Source: Bacteroidota bacterium (lineage in GTDB: Bacteria > Bacteroidota > Bacteroidia > NS11-12g > UBA955). From it: 64,000 nucleotides of DNA. The translations under genes and the position numbers were made by a program. How positions within the stretch are numbered: position 1 is the first letter of the stretch; every line of letters begins with the position of its first letter. The notes under the pieces were generated by a model. That model worked only from the letters and a program-made list of their open reading frames with translations, made no database searches and was not told the DNA's origin. The stretch is taken from positions 23,889-87,888 of the forward strand of contig CAUJCT010000058.1 in NCBI GenBank assembly GCA_963169345.1, read 5' to 3'. Below, in pieces: positions 46,570-55,307 of this stretch.

Positions 46570-47370
46570 GTGTCTGAACTCATAATAGATATGACCGGAA
46601 GACAGCTTGAAATTTCAAAGCCTGTCCAAAGAATCGTGTCACTGGTTCCTTCTCAAACTGAATTATTATATTATCTGGGGCTGGACGATAAAATAGTCGG
46701 ACAGACTGTCTTTTGTATTCATCCAGCTGATAAACATAAAACTTCTACAAAAGTCGGTGGAACTAAAAAAGTTCGTATTGAACAAATCAGGACTCTAAAG
46801 CCCGATCTTATTATTTGCAATAAAGAAGAAAACACACCCGAAATTGTAGAAAATCTGTCCAGGGAATTTCCGGTTTGGGTAAGCGATATACAAACAACTG
46901 ATGATGCTTTCAAAATGATAAAAAGCATTGGAAGCATGATGGATGTTGAGGCTAAAGCTAATGAGTTGCTGGAAAGCATCAAAAAGAGTTTTAGTCAGGT
47001 TAAAATTTATAAAAAACTAACTTGTCTGTACCTCATTTGGAGAAAGCCCTATATGAGTATTGGTGGTGATACCTTTATCAGCCACATGATGGAAAAAGGA
47101 GGATTTATCAATATTTTAAGGGATTCGGAAAGGTACCCTGAACTGGATGAAGAAACCATCATGGCATTGCGTCCAGAATTGGTTTTTTTATCTTCGGAGC
47201 CCTACCCTTTTGGTGAAAAACACATCAGAGAAATTAAAGAAATGCTCCCTTACTCGAAAGTTATTACAGTTGATGGAGAAATGTTTAGTTGGTATGGCAA
47301 TCGTTTAGTAAATTCGCAGCCTTATCTCAACGAGCTGCAAAGGCGCATACACAAAGGGATTAATTCATAG
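46570..47370 (+). CDS. Helical-backbone metal/cobalamin-binding protein (BtuF-like)
   Basis: Motifs RIVSLVPSQTELL, VGGTK, KEEN, SSEPYPF, DGEMFSWYG. No obvious signal peptide. Confidence 0.85.
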   Translation: MSELIIDMTGRQLEISKPVQRIVSLVPSQTELLYYLGLDDKIVGQTVFCIHPADKHKTSTKVGGTKKVRIEQIRTLKPDLIICNKEENTPEIVENLSREFPVWVSDIQTTDDAFKMIKSIGSMMDVEAKANELLESIKKSFSQVKIYKKLTCLYLIWRKPYMSIGGDTFISHMMEKGGFINILRDSERYPELDEETIMALRPELVFLSSEPYPFGEKHIREIKEMLPYSKVITVDGEMFSWYGNRLVNSQPYLNELQRRIHKGINS

Positions 47371-47372
47371 AA

Positions 47373-48137
47373 ATGGCAATTATTATTAAAACAGCAGAGC
47401 AAATTGAAGGCATCAGAAAAAGTAGCCGGCTTGCTGCTGAAACATTAAAATATCTCGAACAATTTGTAAAACCAGGTATCACTACTCTTGAACTGGATAC
47501 TTTGGCTGAGGAGTTTGTACATAAACACGGGGCTAAAGCTGCGACTAAAGGATACAAAGGTTATAAGCACTCAACCTGCATCTCTCCCAATGATGTGGTT
47601 TGTCATGGTGTCCCTAATGATTACGTGGTTAAAGACGGCGATATCATCAACATAGATGTTACATGCATTTTGGATGGGTATTATGGGGATACCTGCAGGA
47701 TGTATGAGGTTGGTAATGTCAGTCCTTATGCTCATAAACTGGTTGAAGTCACAAAGGAATGTCTTCATCTTGGCATGGCTCAGTGCAAACCGGGCAATCA
47801 TCTTGGCAATATCGGGTATGTTATAAATGAACATGCTGTAAAAAACGGATACAGCGTGGTATTTGAATTTTGTGGTCATGGTGTCGGCATTCGATTTCAC
47901 GAGGACCCTCAGGTTGACCATGTGGCAAAAAAAGATTCAGGTCCAATTCTCCGTCCAGGCATGACCTTCACTATCGAACCTATGATCAATGCAGGTAAAG
48001 CCCGCTGCAAAGTCGACAGAAAAGATGGATGGACTGCCCGTACTATTGACGGCAAGTTGTCTGCTCAGTTCGAACATACCATTCTTATTACCGAAACAGG
48101 GTATGAAGCCCTGACGGATGTCTTTCACGATTTCTAA
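47373..48137 (+). CDS. map: Methionine aminopeptidase type I
   Basis: Motifs CISPNDVVCHGVP, GDIINIDV, GYYGDT, GHGVG..FHEDP, TIEPMIN, AQFEHT. Confidence 0.96.
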   Translation: MAIIIKTAEQIEGIRKSSRLAAETLKYLEQFVKPGITTLELDTLAEEFVHKHGAKAATKGYKGYKHSTCISPNDVVCHGVPNDYVVKDGDIINIDVTCILDGYYGDTCRMYEVGNVSPYAHKLVEVTKECLHLGMAQCKPGNHLGNIGYVINEHAVKNGYSVVFEFCGHGVGIRFHEDPQVDHVAKKDSGPILRPGMTFTIEPMINAGKARCKVDRKDGWTARTIDGKLSAQFEHTILITETGYEALTDVFHDF

Positions 48138-48152
48138 AAACTGATTACCTAA

Positions 48153-48334
48153 GCTGGTCTCAAAAATAACCTATAGGCCAAGTAGGTAATGGAAGATATT
48201 TATTCGAACGCGTCTTTTTATTCATACGTTGTTGTATTTCTTACTCAGTCCAAGTTAAGTATGTGCTTCGAAATACGCCTGGTCTGAATAAAAAATACTC
48301 GTTTTTGGCTCTAAATACTATTTCAGAGACCAGC
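48153..48334. mobile_element. MITE-like 182 bp non-coding element with 16 bp terminal inverted repeats
   Basis: Left end GCTGGTCTCAAAAATA (48153-68). Right end TATTTCAGAGACCAGC (48319-34), whose reverse complement is GCTGGTCTCTGAAATA (14/16 match). Internally palindromic. No target-site duplication seen. Confidence 0.62.
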
Positions 48335-48423
48335 ACCCGAAAATCTCAGGTTCATCCGATTGTCTGAAAATTGGCACATCTTGTGCAATAATTCACCTAA
48401 TTACAAGTTAATTTAGCAACCTT

Positions 48424-51400
48424 ATGAAATTATTCCTACTCAGCCTTTCTCTCTTATTTATTGTCACCACGGGGAATGCCCAGAATAGCTTCAGCACTGA
48501 ACCGGCAGTGTTTGTTGATGAATTTGTAAAGTATATGTCTCAGTCTAAAAAAACTGAGATTGTCAAAATGGCTGAAAATTTCTCAAAAAACTGGAAAGCC
48601 GGAAAAATCTTACCTGAGCAACAAAAGTTTATCATCAAAATTTGCAATACGATGATATATAAGCAACTTGCAAGAGACCCTTACTTCGAGTTGTTACTTT
48701 CCAATCTGGATTTATATTATCAGAAAAAATTCAGCCCAAATTTATTAAAACAATGGCAGGAAATAACCACTGCCCTTCTTGAGAAAAACCCTAAAGACTA
48801 TATTTTCTTCCTTGAAACTGCCAACTCTTTGTTCAAGGACAATACGTTTACCAGAAATGAAGCTCGTCGCTGGTATGCTTCAAACTCTAATTTTGAATTT
48901 GCTTTTGTTAAAAACAGAGTGGTTATCAAATTTAAGAGTCTCGACTTAATGTGCGATGCGGAATTAGATAAAATAAGAATTTTCAATTGCGCAGGTGATT
49001 ATTATCCGGATAAAAAAACCTGGGTAGGAACTCAAGGAAGAATCAACTGGAACAGAGTTGATAAACCTGAAACTGAAATCTATTGCACCTTTACCAAACA
49101 CAAAATAGATCTTAATTCGGGCACTTTTATTGTCGATTCAGCTCTCTTAACTTATCCTAAAGTTTCGAGCAGTAAAATTTTGGGCCGATTGACTGAACGC
49201 ATCTCTCAATCATCCTCTATTGAGCAAATAAAGACGTCTCCTTTCCCGCAGTTTATCAGTTATGAACCTACCATAGAAATTAAAGGCATTGTTGGCGACC
49301 AGGCCATATACAAAGGCGGTTTTTCCATTAAAGGTTCCAAAACCAATTCGCAAAGCTTTGGTGATGGTCAGGCGACAATTATTCTCCTGTACAAAGGAAA
49401 ACCATTTGTTGAAGTAAGTTCAAGTGCCTTTCGTCTCGACTCAGGAAAGGTTATGAGTCAGAATGCCTCTATCAAAATAAAAATCGATACAGGTTACATC
49501 ACCCATCCGGGTATTATTTTCAATTACAACATTACGAACAAAAAAATGATTGTAACGAAAGGTACAGATGGTTTGATGCGTATGCCTTTCTCTGACAATT
49601 ATCACGGTGTTGAAATAGACGTAGAACAAGTCATCTGGGATCAGTCGAAACCTTATATTGATTTTGACATGATCAATAACGACAAGGCAGCCTATGTCGA
49701 AACCAATACTTTCTTCAAAAAGTTTCTGTTTGAGAAACAACAGGGAGCGCTTAACCACAACCCTCTGGAGAAAATGTTTTACTTTGTAAAAAGCAATGGC
49801 AGAGCTTTCAACCTCAACGATTACGCGGCTTCCATCAACACAACTAAAGAATTTCTAAGACAGCAAATCATGGATTTGGCGGACGATGGTTTCATTTACT
49901 ATTATCCGGAAAATGATTCTATTTATGTCAGAGACAAACTGTATATGTGGAACTCTAATGCTTATGGCGGAAGAGATTACGACGTATTAAGATTTGGAAG
50001 TGTGATTGCGGCTAAACCAAATATCACTTATTACTTTAACAACCATGATTTGGTTATGCAAGGTGTGAGAAAATTCACCTTTAGTGATTCTCAGAATGTG
50101 GTAAGTATTCCAAAAGATCAGATACTGACTATTAAGAAAAATAAGAATCTGCAATTCGCTGGTCTAATCAGAGCAGGTAGGATTGATTTCTATTCCAAAG
50201 ATTTTCACTTTAATTATACGAATTTCCAGATGGATAATACCACGATTGACAGCATGGTCATTTATTATCCCGATGTCAACACCAACACATTGAGGAAAGT
50301 TGAGAGCGTATTGTCTAATACTTATGGGCGTATTTTAATTGACAAGCCCAATAATAAGTCGGGGTTAAAAGACTATCCTGAATATCCGATATTTATAGCA
50401 GAAAGAGGTTCTGAAATTAACTATGACCGTGCGGCAACCCACAATCACGCCTATAAAGCTGATAAATTTAAATTTGAAATTGATCCGTTTACAATTGACT
50501 CACTGGATAACTTCACAATTGCCGGTTTTGGTTTTGGAGGTACATTAAAATCGGATGGCATATTCCCGGATATTCAAAATGTAGCAAGGATTCAACCGGA
50601 TTATTCACTGGGCTTTGTTGACCATGTGAACTTGCCAATGTACGGAGGCAAAGGGACCGGAGATCTTACAATCAATTTAAGCAACAGAGGATTTTATGGT
50701 GTCGGTGACTTATTATATGAAACTTCCGTTAGCAAATCGACCGAATATCTTCTATTGCCTGATGCCACAATAGGTAACAGTTTTAGTTTTGTTTTACCTG
50801 AAAGTGCAAAATATCCGAAAGTGGATGGACACAATGTCAAAACTGAATGGTTCCCTAAGCAAGACAGAATGTTTCAGACCAAGCTGGACAGTAATTTCAA
50901 GGTATTTCAGATGGGCTATGATTTCGATGGTAAACTGACTTTATCACCTCAGGACCTTAGAGGAAATGGTCAGTTGATTTGGAGCGAAGCCATATTTGCA
51001 AGTGATGAAATGGTATTCGGAAGAAATAAATCATCTGCCAAACAGTCGAGTATCAAAATATTTGCAGTTGACCCAAGCAAGTTTGCATTTGAGTGTAATA
51101 ACGTCAACGGAGTTGTTGATTTCGATAAAAAGGAAGGTAAATTCCTGACTAATGTTGTTGGGGCATATACACATTTCCCATTCAACCATTATTCATCCAA
51201 TATGAATGATTACCGTTGGGATATGCTAAAGAAAACCATGGAAATAAAACCTGGTGCTGCTATGGGCAGTTTGAAACCCATTTTTGTAGGATTGCCTCAA
51301 AATACTCAGGACAGCGTTAAGTTTGAATGTCACTTTGCAAAATTTGATTTAGTGACCAACGTATTATACATGGAAAAAATTCCATATATTGATGTTGCAG

Positions 51401-52791
51401 ACAGCAGAGTATATCCTTTTGAAGGAAAAGCAATAGTAAGAGAAAATGCCAACATGGACCAGTTGGATAGTTCAAGAATTGAGGCTAACAGAATTGATAA
51501 ATTCCATGAAATTAAAAATTGTCGTACAAAAATTCTGAGCGGAAATTCACTGGCAGCTACAGGCTATTACAGATACATAGATAAATACAAACAAGAACAA
51601 CCACTCTTTGTAGATAGTATACGTATAGACAGAGAAAAGCATCTTGTAGGTTTTGGCAGAATCAAGGAAGACAATATTCTTTACCTCGATAAAAAAATTG
51701 GCTTTAAAGGATTGTTCGAAATCATCAGTACTAGACGCCCAATCGAATTCATAGGATATGTCAAGCCATTGCATTCATTTGTGAAAATGGAGACATTGTG
51801 GATTCGTTACAAAAATGTAGTAGATCCTCAGAATGTTGTAATAGACATTAGAGACCCAAGAGATAAAGATGACAAAAAACTAAGTGTTGGATTATACTTT
51901 GCCAATGACAGTAACCACGTCTACCCTATTTTATTCGACTTAAAGAGAAGATACAGTGATCCGGAATTACAGGCAGATACAGGCATACTCTTTTATGATG
52001 CTACTAAAAATGCCTTCTTTGTAGGTGATGAAGCCAAATTGAAAGGCACAGGATTGAAAGGTAATTTTATGCAGTTCAATGACGCCGACCAAAGTGTATA
52101 TGCCGAAGGTCTGTTTGATTTTGGGATTAAATCGCCAAGGGTCAATTTAATGACCTCGGGAACAGCAGAACACTCCGCAACAGACAGTACATTCAGATTT
52201 AATCTGATGATGTGGCTGGATATACAACTGCCAGCCGAAATACGGTCGAAATTGGCCAAGATGCTTATGAATGAAGGCGCGGGCTCATCAATCGGATCTT
52301 TGAAAAACGGGGATAATAAAATGGGAATTGCCAATTTAATCAGCGATGAAAAACTTGCTGCTAAAATGGTCAAAACACTTGAAAGTACCGGCAATATTCC
52401 TAGTGATGGTGAATTTAAAACTGGTTTCGTATTCACTGAGGTTGATCTGGCATTTAACAGAATCAGAAGAAAATTCATTGCAACCGGGTCGTTTAATATG
52501 CCAATCTTCAATGGGGCAGTTATTAACAAGAAGTTTTCGACCACCATTGCTATTGAAAAGAAAAGAAGCGGAGACAAAATTTACTTGTACATTGCCTGTG
52601 ATAATGGGGATTGGGTGTATTTTGAATATACCAGAAACAGCATCATCATAGCTACAAACAATGAAGAACTGGCAACAGCGGTTAGTACCGAATCCAATAA
52701 GGCTGCAGATGAACAACTGATTATACGAATTGGTACTGAGAAGCAAAAAGATAATTTCCTAAAACGCAACGATGCTGACCCTGACGAATAA
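48424..52791 (+). CDS. Very large exported beta-rich protein of unknown function
   Basis: 1455 aa clean ORF with a signal peptide, helical N-terminal ~130 aa, then a long beta-strand-like pattern. No T9SS CTD recognised. Confidence 0.85.
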   Translation: MKLFLLSLSLLFIVTTGNAQNSFSTEPAVFVDEFVKYMSQSKKTEIVKMAENFSKNWKAGKILPEQQKFIIKICNTMIYKQLARDPYFELLLSNLDLYYQKKFSPNLLKQWQEITTALLEKNPKDYIFFLETANSLFKDNTFTRNEARRWYASNSNFEFAFVKNRVVIKFKSLDLMCDAELDKIRIFNCAGDYYPDKKTWVGTQGRINWNRVDKPETEIYCTFTKHKIDLNSGTFIVDSALLTYPKVSSSKILGRLTERISQSSSIEQIKTSPFPQFISYEPTIEIKGIVGDQAIYKGGFSIKGSKTNSQSFGDGQATIILLYKGKPFVEVSSSAFRLDSGKVMSQNASIKIKIDTGYITHPGIIFNYNITNKKMIVTKGTDGLMRMPFSDNYHGVEIDVEQVIWDQSKPYIDFDMINNDKAAYVETNTFFKKFLFEKQQGALNHNPLEKMFYFVKSNGRAFNLNDYAASINTTKEFLRQQIMDLADDGFIYYYPENDSIYVRDKLYMWNSNAYGGRDYDVLRFGSVIAAKPNITYYFNNHDLVMQGVRKFTFSDSQNVVSIPKDQILTIKKNKNLQFAGLIRAGRIDFYSKDFHFNYTNFQMDNTTIDSMVIYYPDVNTNTLRKVESVLSNTYGRILIDKPNNKSGLKDYPEYPIFIAERGSEINYDRAATHNHAYKADKFKFEIDPFTIDSLDNFTIAGFGFGGTLKSDGIFPDIQNVARIQPDYSLGFVDHVNLPMYGGKGTGDLTINLSNRGFYGVGDLLYETSVSKSTEYLLLPDATIGNSFSFVLPESAKYPKVDGHNVKTEWFPKQDRMFQTKLDSNFKVFQMGYDFDGKLTLSPQDLRGNGQLIWSEAIFASDEMVFGRNKSSAKQSSIKIFAVDPSKFAFECNNVNGVVDFDKKEGKFLTNVVGAYTHFPFNHYSSNMNDYRWDMLKKTMEIKPGAAMGSLKPIFVGLPQNTQDSVKFECHFAKFDLVTNVLYMEKIPYIDVADSRVYPFEGKAIVRENANMDQLDSSRIEANRIDKFHEIKNCRTKILSGNSLAATGYYRYIDKYKQEQPLFVDSIRIDREKHLVGFGRIKEDNILYLDKKIGFKGLFEIISTRRPIEFIGYVKPLHSFVKMETLWIRYKNVVDPQNVVIDIRDPRDKDDKKLSVGLYFANDSNHVYPILFDLKRRYSDPELQADTGILFYDATKNAFFVGDEAKLKGTGLKGNFMQFNDADQSVYAEGLFDFGIKSPRVNLMTSGTAEHSATDSTFRFNLMMWLDIQLPAEIRSKLAKMLMNEGAGSSIGSLKNGDNKMGIANLISDEKLAAKMVKTLESTGNIPSDGEFKTGFVFTEVDLAFNRIRRKFIATGSFNMPIFNGAVINKKFSTTIAIEKKRSGDKIYLYIACDNGDWVYFEYTRNSIIIATNNEELATAVSTESNKAADEQLIIRIGTEKQKDNFLKRNDADPDE

Positions 52792-52888
52792 GCCATATTT
52801 ATCTGATTATCATGTTTTTATAAATAGGCGATTGAAATTACTCAATTTTACATTATCTTTGTATTTAATTAAAGTTTAAGCGACGTTA

Positions 52889-53530
52889 TTGATGGAATTC
52901 GTTTGGATTATTTCGGGCATTATCATCTCTTATTTGATTGGTTCGATGCCTACAGCACTCTGGGTCGGCAAAGCTTTCTACGGAGTGGATATCAGAGAAC
53001 ACGGAAGTGGCAACTCAGGCGCAACAAATACGTTTAGAGTGCTTGGCAAAAAAGCCGGTATTGCAGTCCTCTTAATTGATGTAATCAAAGGTTTAACAGC
53101 GGCCAGTTTGGTCAGATACCTCGATTTCGTTGAATTAGGTTCTGTTCGTTTTGTCAACCTTCAATTGTTATTCGGTTTATCATCTGTCCTTGGCCACATT
53201 TTCCCAATTTATTGCGGATTCAAAGGTGGAAAAGGTATCGCAACCTTGCTTGGTATGGTAATCGGCATACACTATTTATCTGCTTTAGCTTGTATTGCCT
53301 TGTTTGTAACTATCCTGTTTTCTACTCGATACGTTTCTCTCAGTAGCATACTGGCTGCAGTGGCTTTCCCTTTGATTGCAACTGTTATTTACAAAAACGA
53401 AGAACCTTTCTTCATTGCGTTTGGAATTGCAGCTGCTATAATGGTTGTACTTACCCACCAGAAAAACATAGTTCGATTGGTGGCAGGTAACGAAAACAAA
53501 GCAAAACTTCTGAAAAGACATAGAAGATGA
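52889..53530 (+). CDS. plsY: Glycerol-3-phosphate acyltransferase
   Basis: Motifs YLIGS, DIREHGSGNSGATN, GHIFPI..GFKGGKGIAT, THQKNIVRL. Confidence 0.95.
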   Translation: MMEFVWIISGIIISYLIGSMPTALWVGKAFYGVDIREHGSGNSGATNTFRVLGKKAGIAVLLIDVIKGLTAASLVRYLDFVELGSVRFVNLQLLFGLSSVLGHIFPIYCGFKGGKGIATLLGMVIGIHYLSALACIALFVTILFSTRYVSLSSILAAVAFPLIATVIYKNEEPFFIAFGIAAAIMVVLTHQKNIVRLVAGNENKAKLLKRHRR

Positions 53531-53832
53531 TTGACATTTTTAAACATCAGACAAAAACACACGAAGAAACCGAAAGTGATATTCTGACCAGTATAACTGG
53601 CTTTGAAGAATATGAGCTGGTACTTTATAATGATGATGTAAATACTTTCGAACATGTCATCAATTGTCTGGTTAAATACTGTCAGCACGATGTCTGTCAG
53701 GCAGAACAATGCGCCTGGATTGTTCACACCAAAGGTAAATGTATCATCAAATCCGGTGAATACAGTTTACTCGAACCGATTTGCACAGCACTCAGCGACC
53801 AAGGTTTAAGCGCCCAGATTGAACTGGTTTAG
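53527..53832 (+). CDS. clpS: ATP-dependent Clp protease adaptor
   Basis: Motifs LYNDDVNTFEHVI, AEQCAWIVHTKGKC. Confidence 0.92.
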   Translation: MIDIFKHQTKTHEETESDILTSITGFEEYELVLYNDDVNTFEHVINCLVKYCQHDVCQAEQCAWIVHTKGKCIIKSGEYSLLEPICTALSDQGLSAQIELV

Positions 53833-53867
53833 GCATTGGTTTTGCTTTATTTTTTTCATCAAACGTT

Positions 53868-54674
53868 ATGAATAGATACATTTTTATTATTGTACTTGCG
53901 GCTTTTACTTATTCTTGCTCAAGAGTACCCATTACCAACAGAAGACAAAGTGCATGGGAAAGTGAAGCTTACCTCGAAAAAATGAGTGATTCCCTCTACC
54001 GCGACTTTCTTTCTAAAAACAAACTGACCAATAACAAATCTCAAAGTGATCTTGTAAAGAAAGTTGGTACCAATATTTCAACTGCTATTACTGAGTTTTT
54101 CAAGACTTATGATAATGGCAAATACTACAAGACCATCTCCCAGTATAAATGGGAATTCAATACCATTGAAGACCCAACTGCAAATGCCTGGTGCATGCCG
54201 GGTGGAAAAGTGGTGGTGTACACTGGATTGATGCCTATCACTTTGGATGAAGCCGGACTGGCAGTTGTTATGGGGCACGAAATTGCACATGCTGTTGCCA
54301 AACACGGCAACGAACGTATGACACAGCAGATGAAGGCTCAGGGATTGGGCTCTGTTCTTTCTGTAGCAGTTTCAGGTAGTCCTGCCAGTACTCAAAACGT
54401 ATTTGCAACTGCTTTTGGCATTGCAGGTAATTTAACTTTATTAAAATATTCCAGAAAACACGAAACTGAAGCAGATAAAATCGGTTTGGTATTCATGGCT
54501 TTAGCTGGTTATGACCCAAATACTGCAATTGCTTTCTGGGAAAGAATGAGTAAACTGAGCGGAGGAGCACAAGTACCTGAATTCTTAAGTACTCACCCTA
54601 GTGATGTTAAGCGTATTTCAGATCTTAAAGAATGGATGCCTGAGGCTTCTAAATACTACAAGAAAAAATCATAG
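53868..54674 (+). CDS. M48 family metallopeptidase lipoprotein
   Basis: Lipobox TYSC, NAWCMPGGKV, GHEIAH zinc motif, ETEAD, FLSTHP. Confidence 0.92.
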   Translation: MNRYIFIIVLAAFTYSCSRVPITNRRQSAWESEAYLEKMSDSLYRDFLSKNKLTNNKSQSDLVKKVGTNISTAITEFFKTYDNGKYYKTISQYKWEFNTIEDPTANAWCMPGGKVVVYTGLMPITLDEAGLAVVMGHEIAHAVAKHGNERMTQQMKAQGLGSVLSVAVSGSPASTQNVFATAFGIAGNLTLLKYSRKHETEADKIGLVFMALAGYDPNTAIAFWERMSKLSGGAQVPEFLSTHPSDVKRISDLKEWMPEASKYYKKKS

Positions 54675-55112
54675 TTGGAACGTCTGTTATTGGATATCAA
54701 CGGGGATGAGTCCATTCTGTCTGAATTGGTCAACTCTATTGTTGAAAGACTAAAAACCACACCAATACTTTTAATTTCAGGGGATCTTGGAGCCGGTAAA
54801 ACTACGTTGGCTCAATCGCTGTTTAAACAACTGGGTGTCGCAGACGCTGTAACCAGTCCTACTTTCAATCTGGTGAATGTTTATCACGATGCAAATGGGA
54901 ATGAGTGTTATCATTTCGATTTATACAGAATTAAACATCCTGCAGAGCTCTCAGATATCGGATTTGAAGATTACCTTGACTCGGGCAGAATTTGTGTCGT
55001 AGAGTGGCCTGAAATCATTGGACAAAATTTTGATGTTTACCCGCATCTTCAATTGGAAATTGAACATCAAACCAAAGGACGCCGATACAGCCTAAAAACG
55101 ACAAGTAATTAA
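54675..55112 (+). CDS. tsaE: tRNA t6A biosynthesis ATPase
   Basis: Motifs GDLGAGKTT, VTSPTFNLVNVY, YHFDLYRI, VVEWPE. Confidence 0.95.
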   Translation: MERLLLDINGDESILSELVNSIVERLKTTPILLISGDLGAGKTTLAQSLFKQLGVADAVTSPTFNLVNVYHDANGNECYHFDLYRIKHPAELSDIGFEDYLDSGRICVVEWPEIIGQNFDVYPHLQLEIEHQTKGRRYSLKTTSN

Positions 55113-55134
55113 TTATTAATAGCTTAATTGAAAC

Positions 55135-55167
55135 AGCACTTTTTCTTTGTGAAAGGGTGCTTTTTTT
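55135..55167 (+). terminator. Rho-independent terminator after tsaE
   Basis: AGCACTTTT...AAAGGGTGCT followed by TTTTTT. Confidence 0.8.
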
Positions 55168-55187
55168 GTTTAAGTTGATTTTTAAAA

Positions 55188-55299
55188 CAACCTGTCAGGT
55201 TGCCTGATTTTCACAAAGACATTTTTTAATTATCTATAAAATAAGCTGTTAACGGTGTTATAATTGAACTACTAAGCCAAATCGCCAACCTGTCAGGTT
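55188..55299. repeat. Two copies of the REP-like palindrome CAACCTGTCAGGTT
   Basis: 55188-55202 (CAACCTG-T-CAGGTTG) and 55286-55299, 98 bp apart. Confidence 0.6.
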
Positions 55300-55307
55300 A
55301 ATTTTTT

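Noticed and set aside
51993-52796. Antisense and alternate-frame ORFs of 60-194 aa overlapping long genes throughout the window
   Set aside because: Shadow ORFs inside confidently assigned CDS, with no recognisable motifs or independent expression signals.
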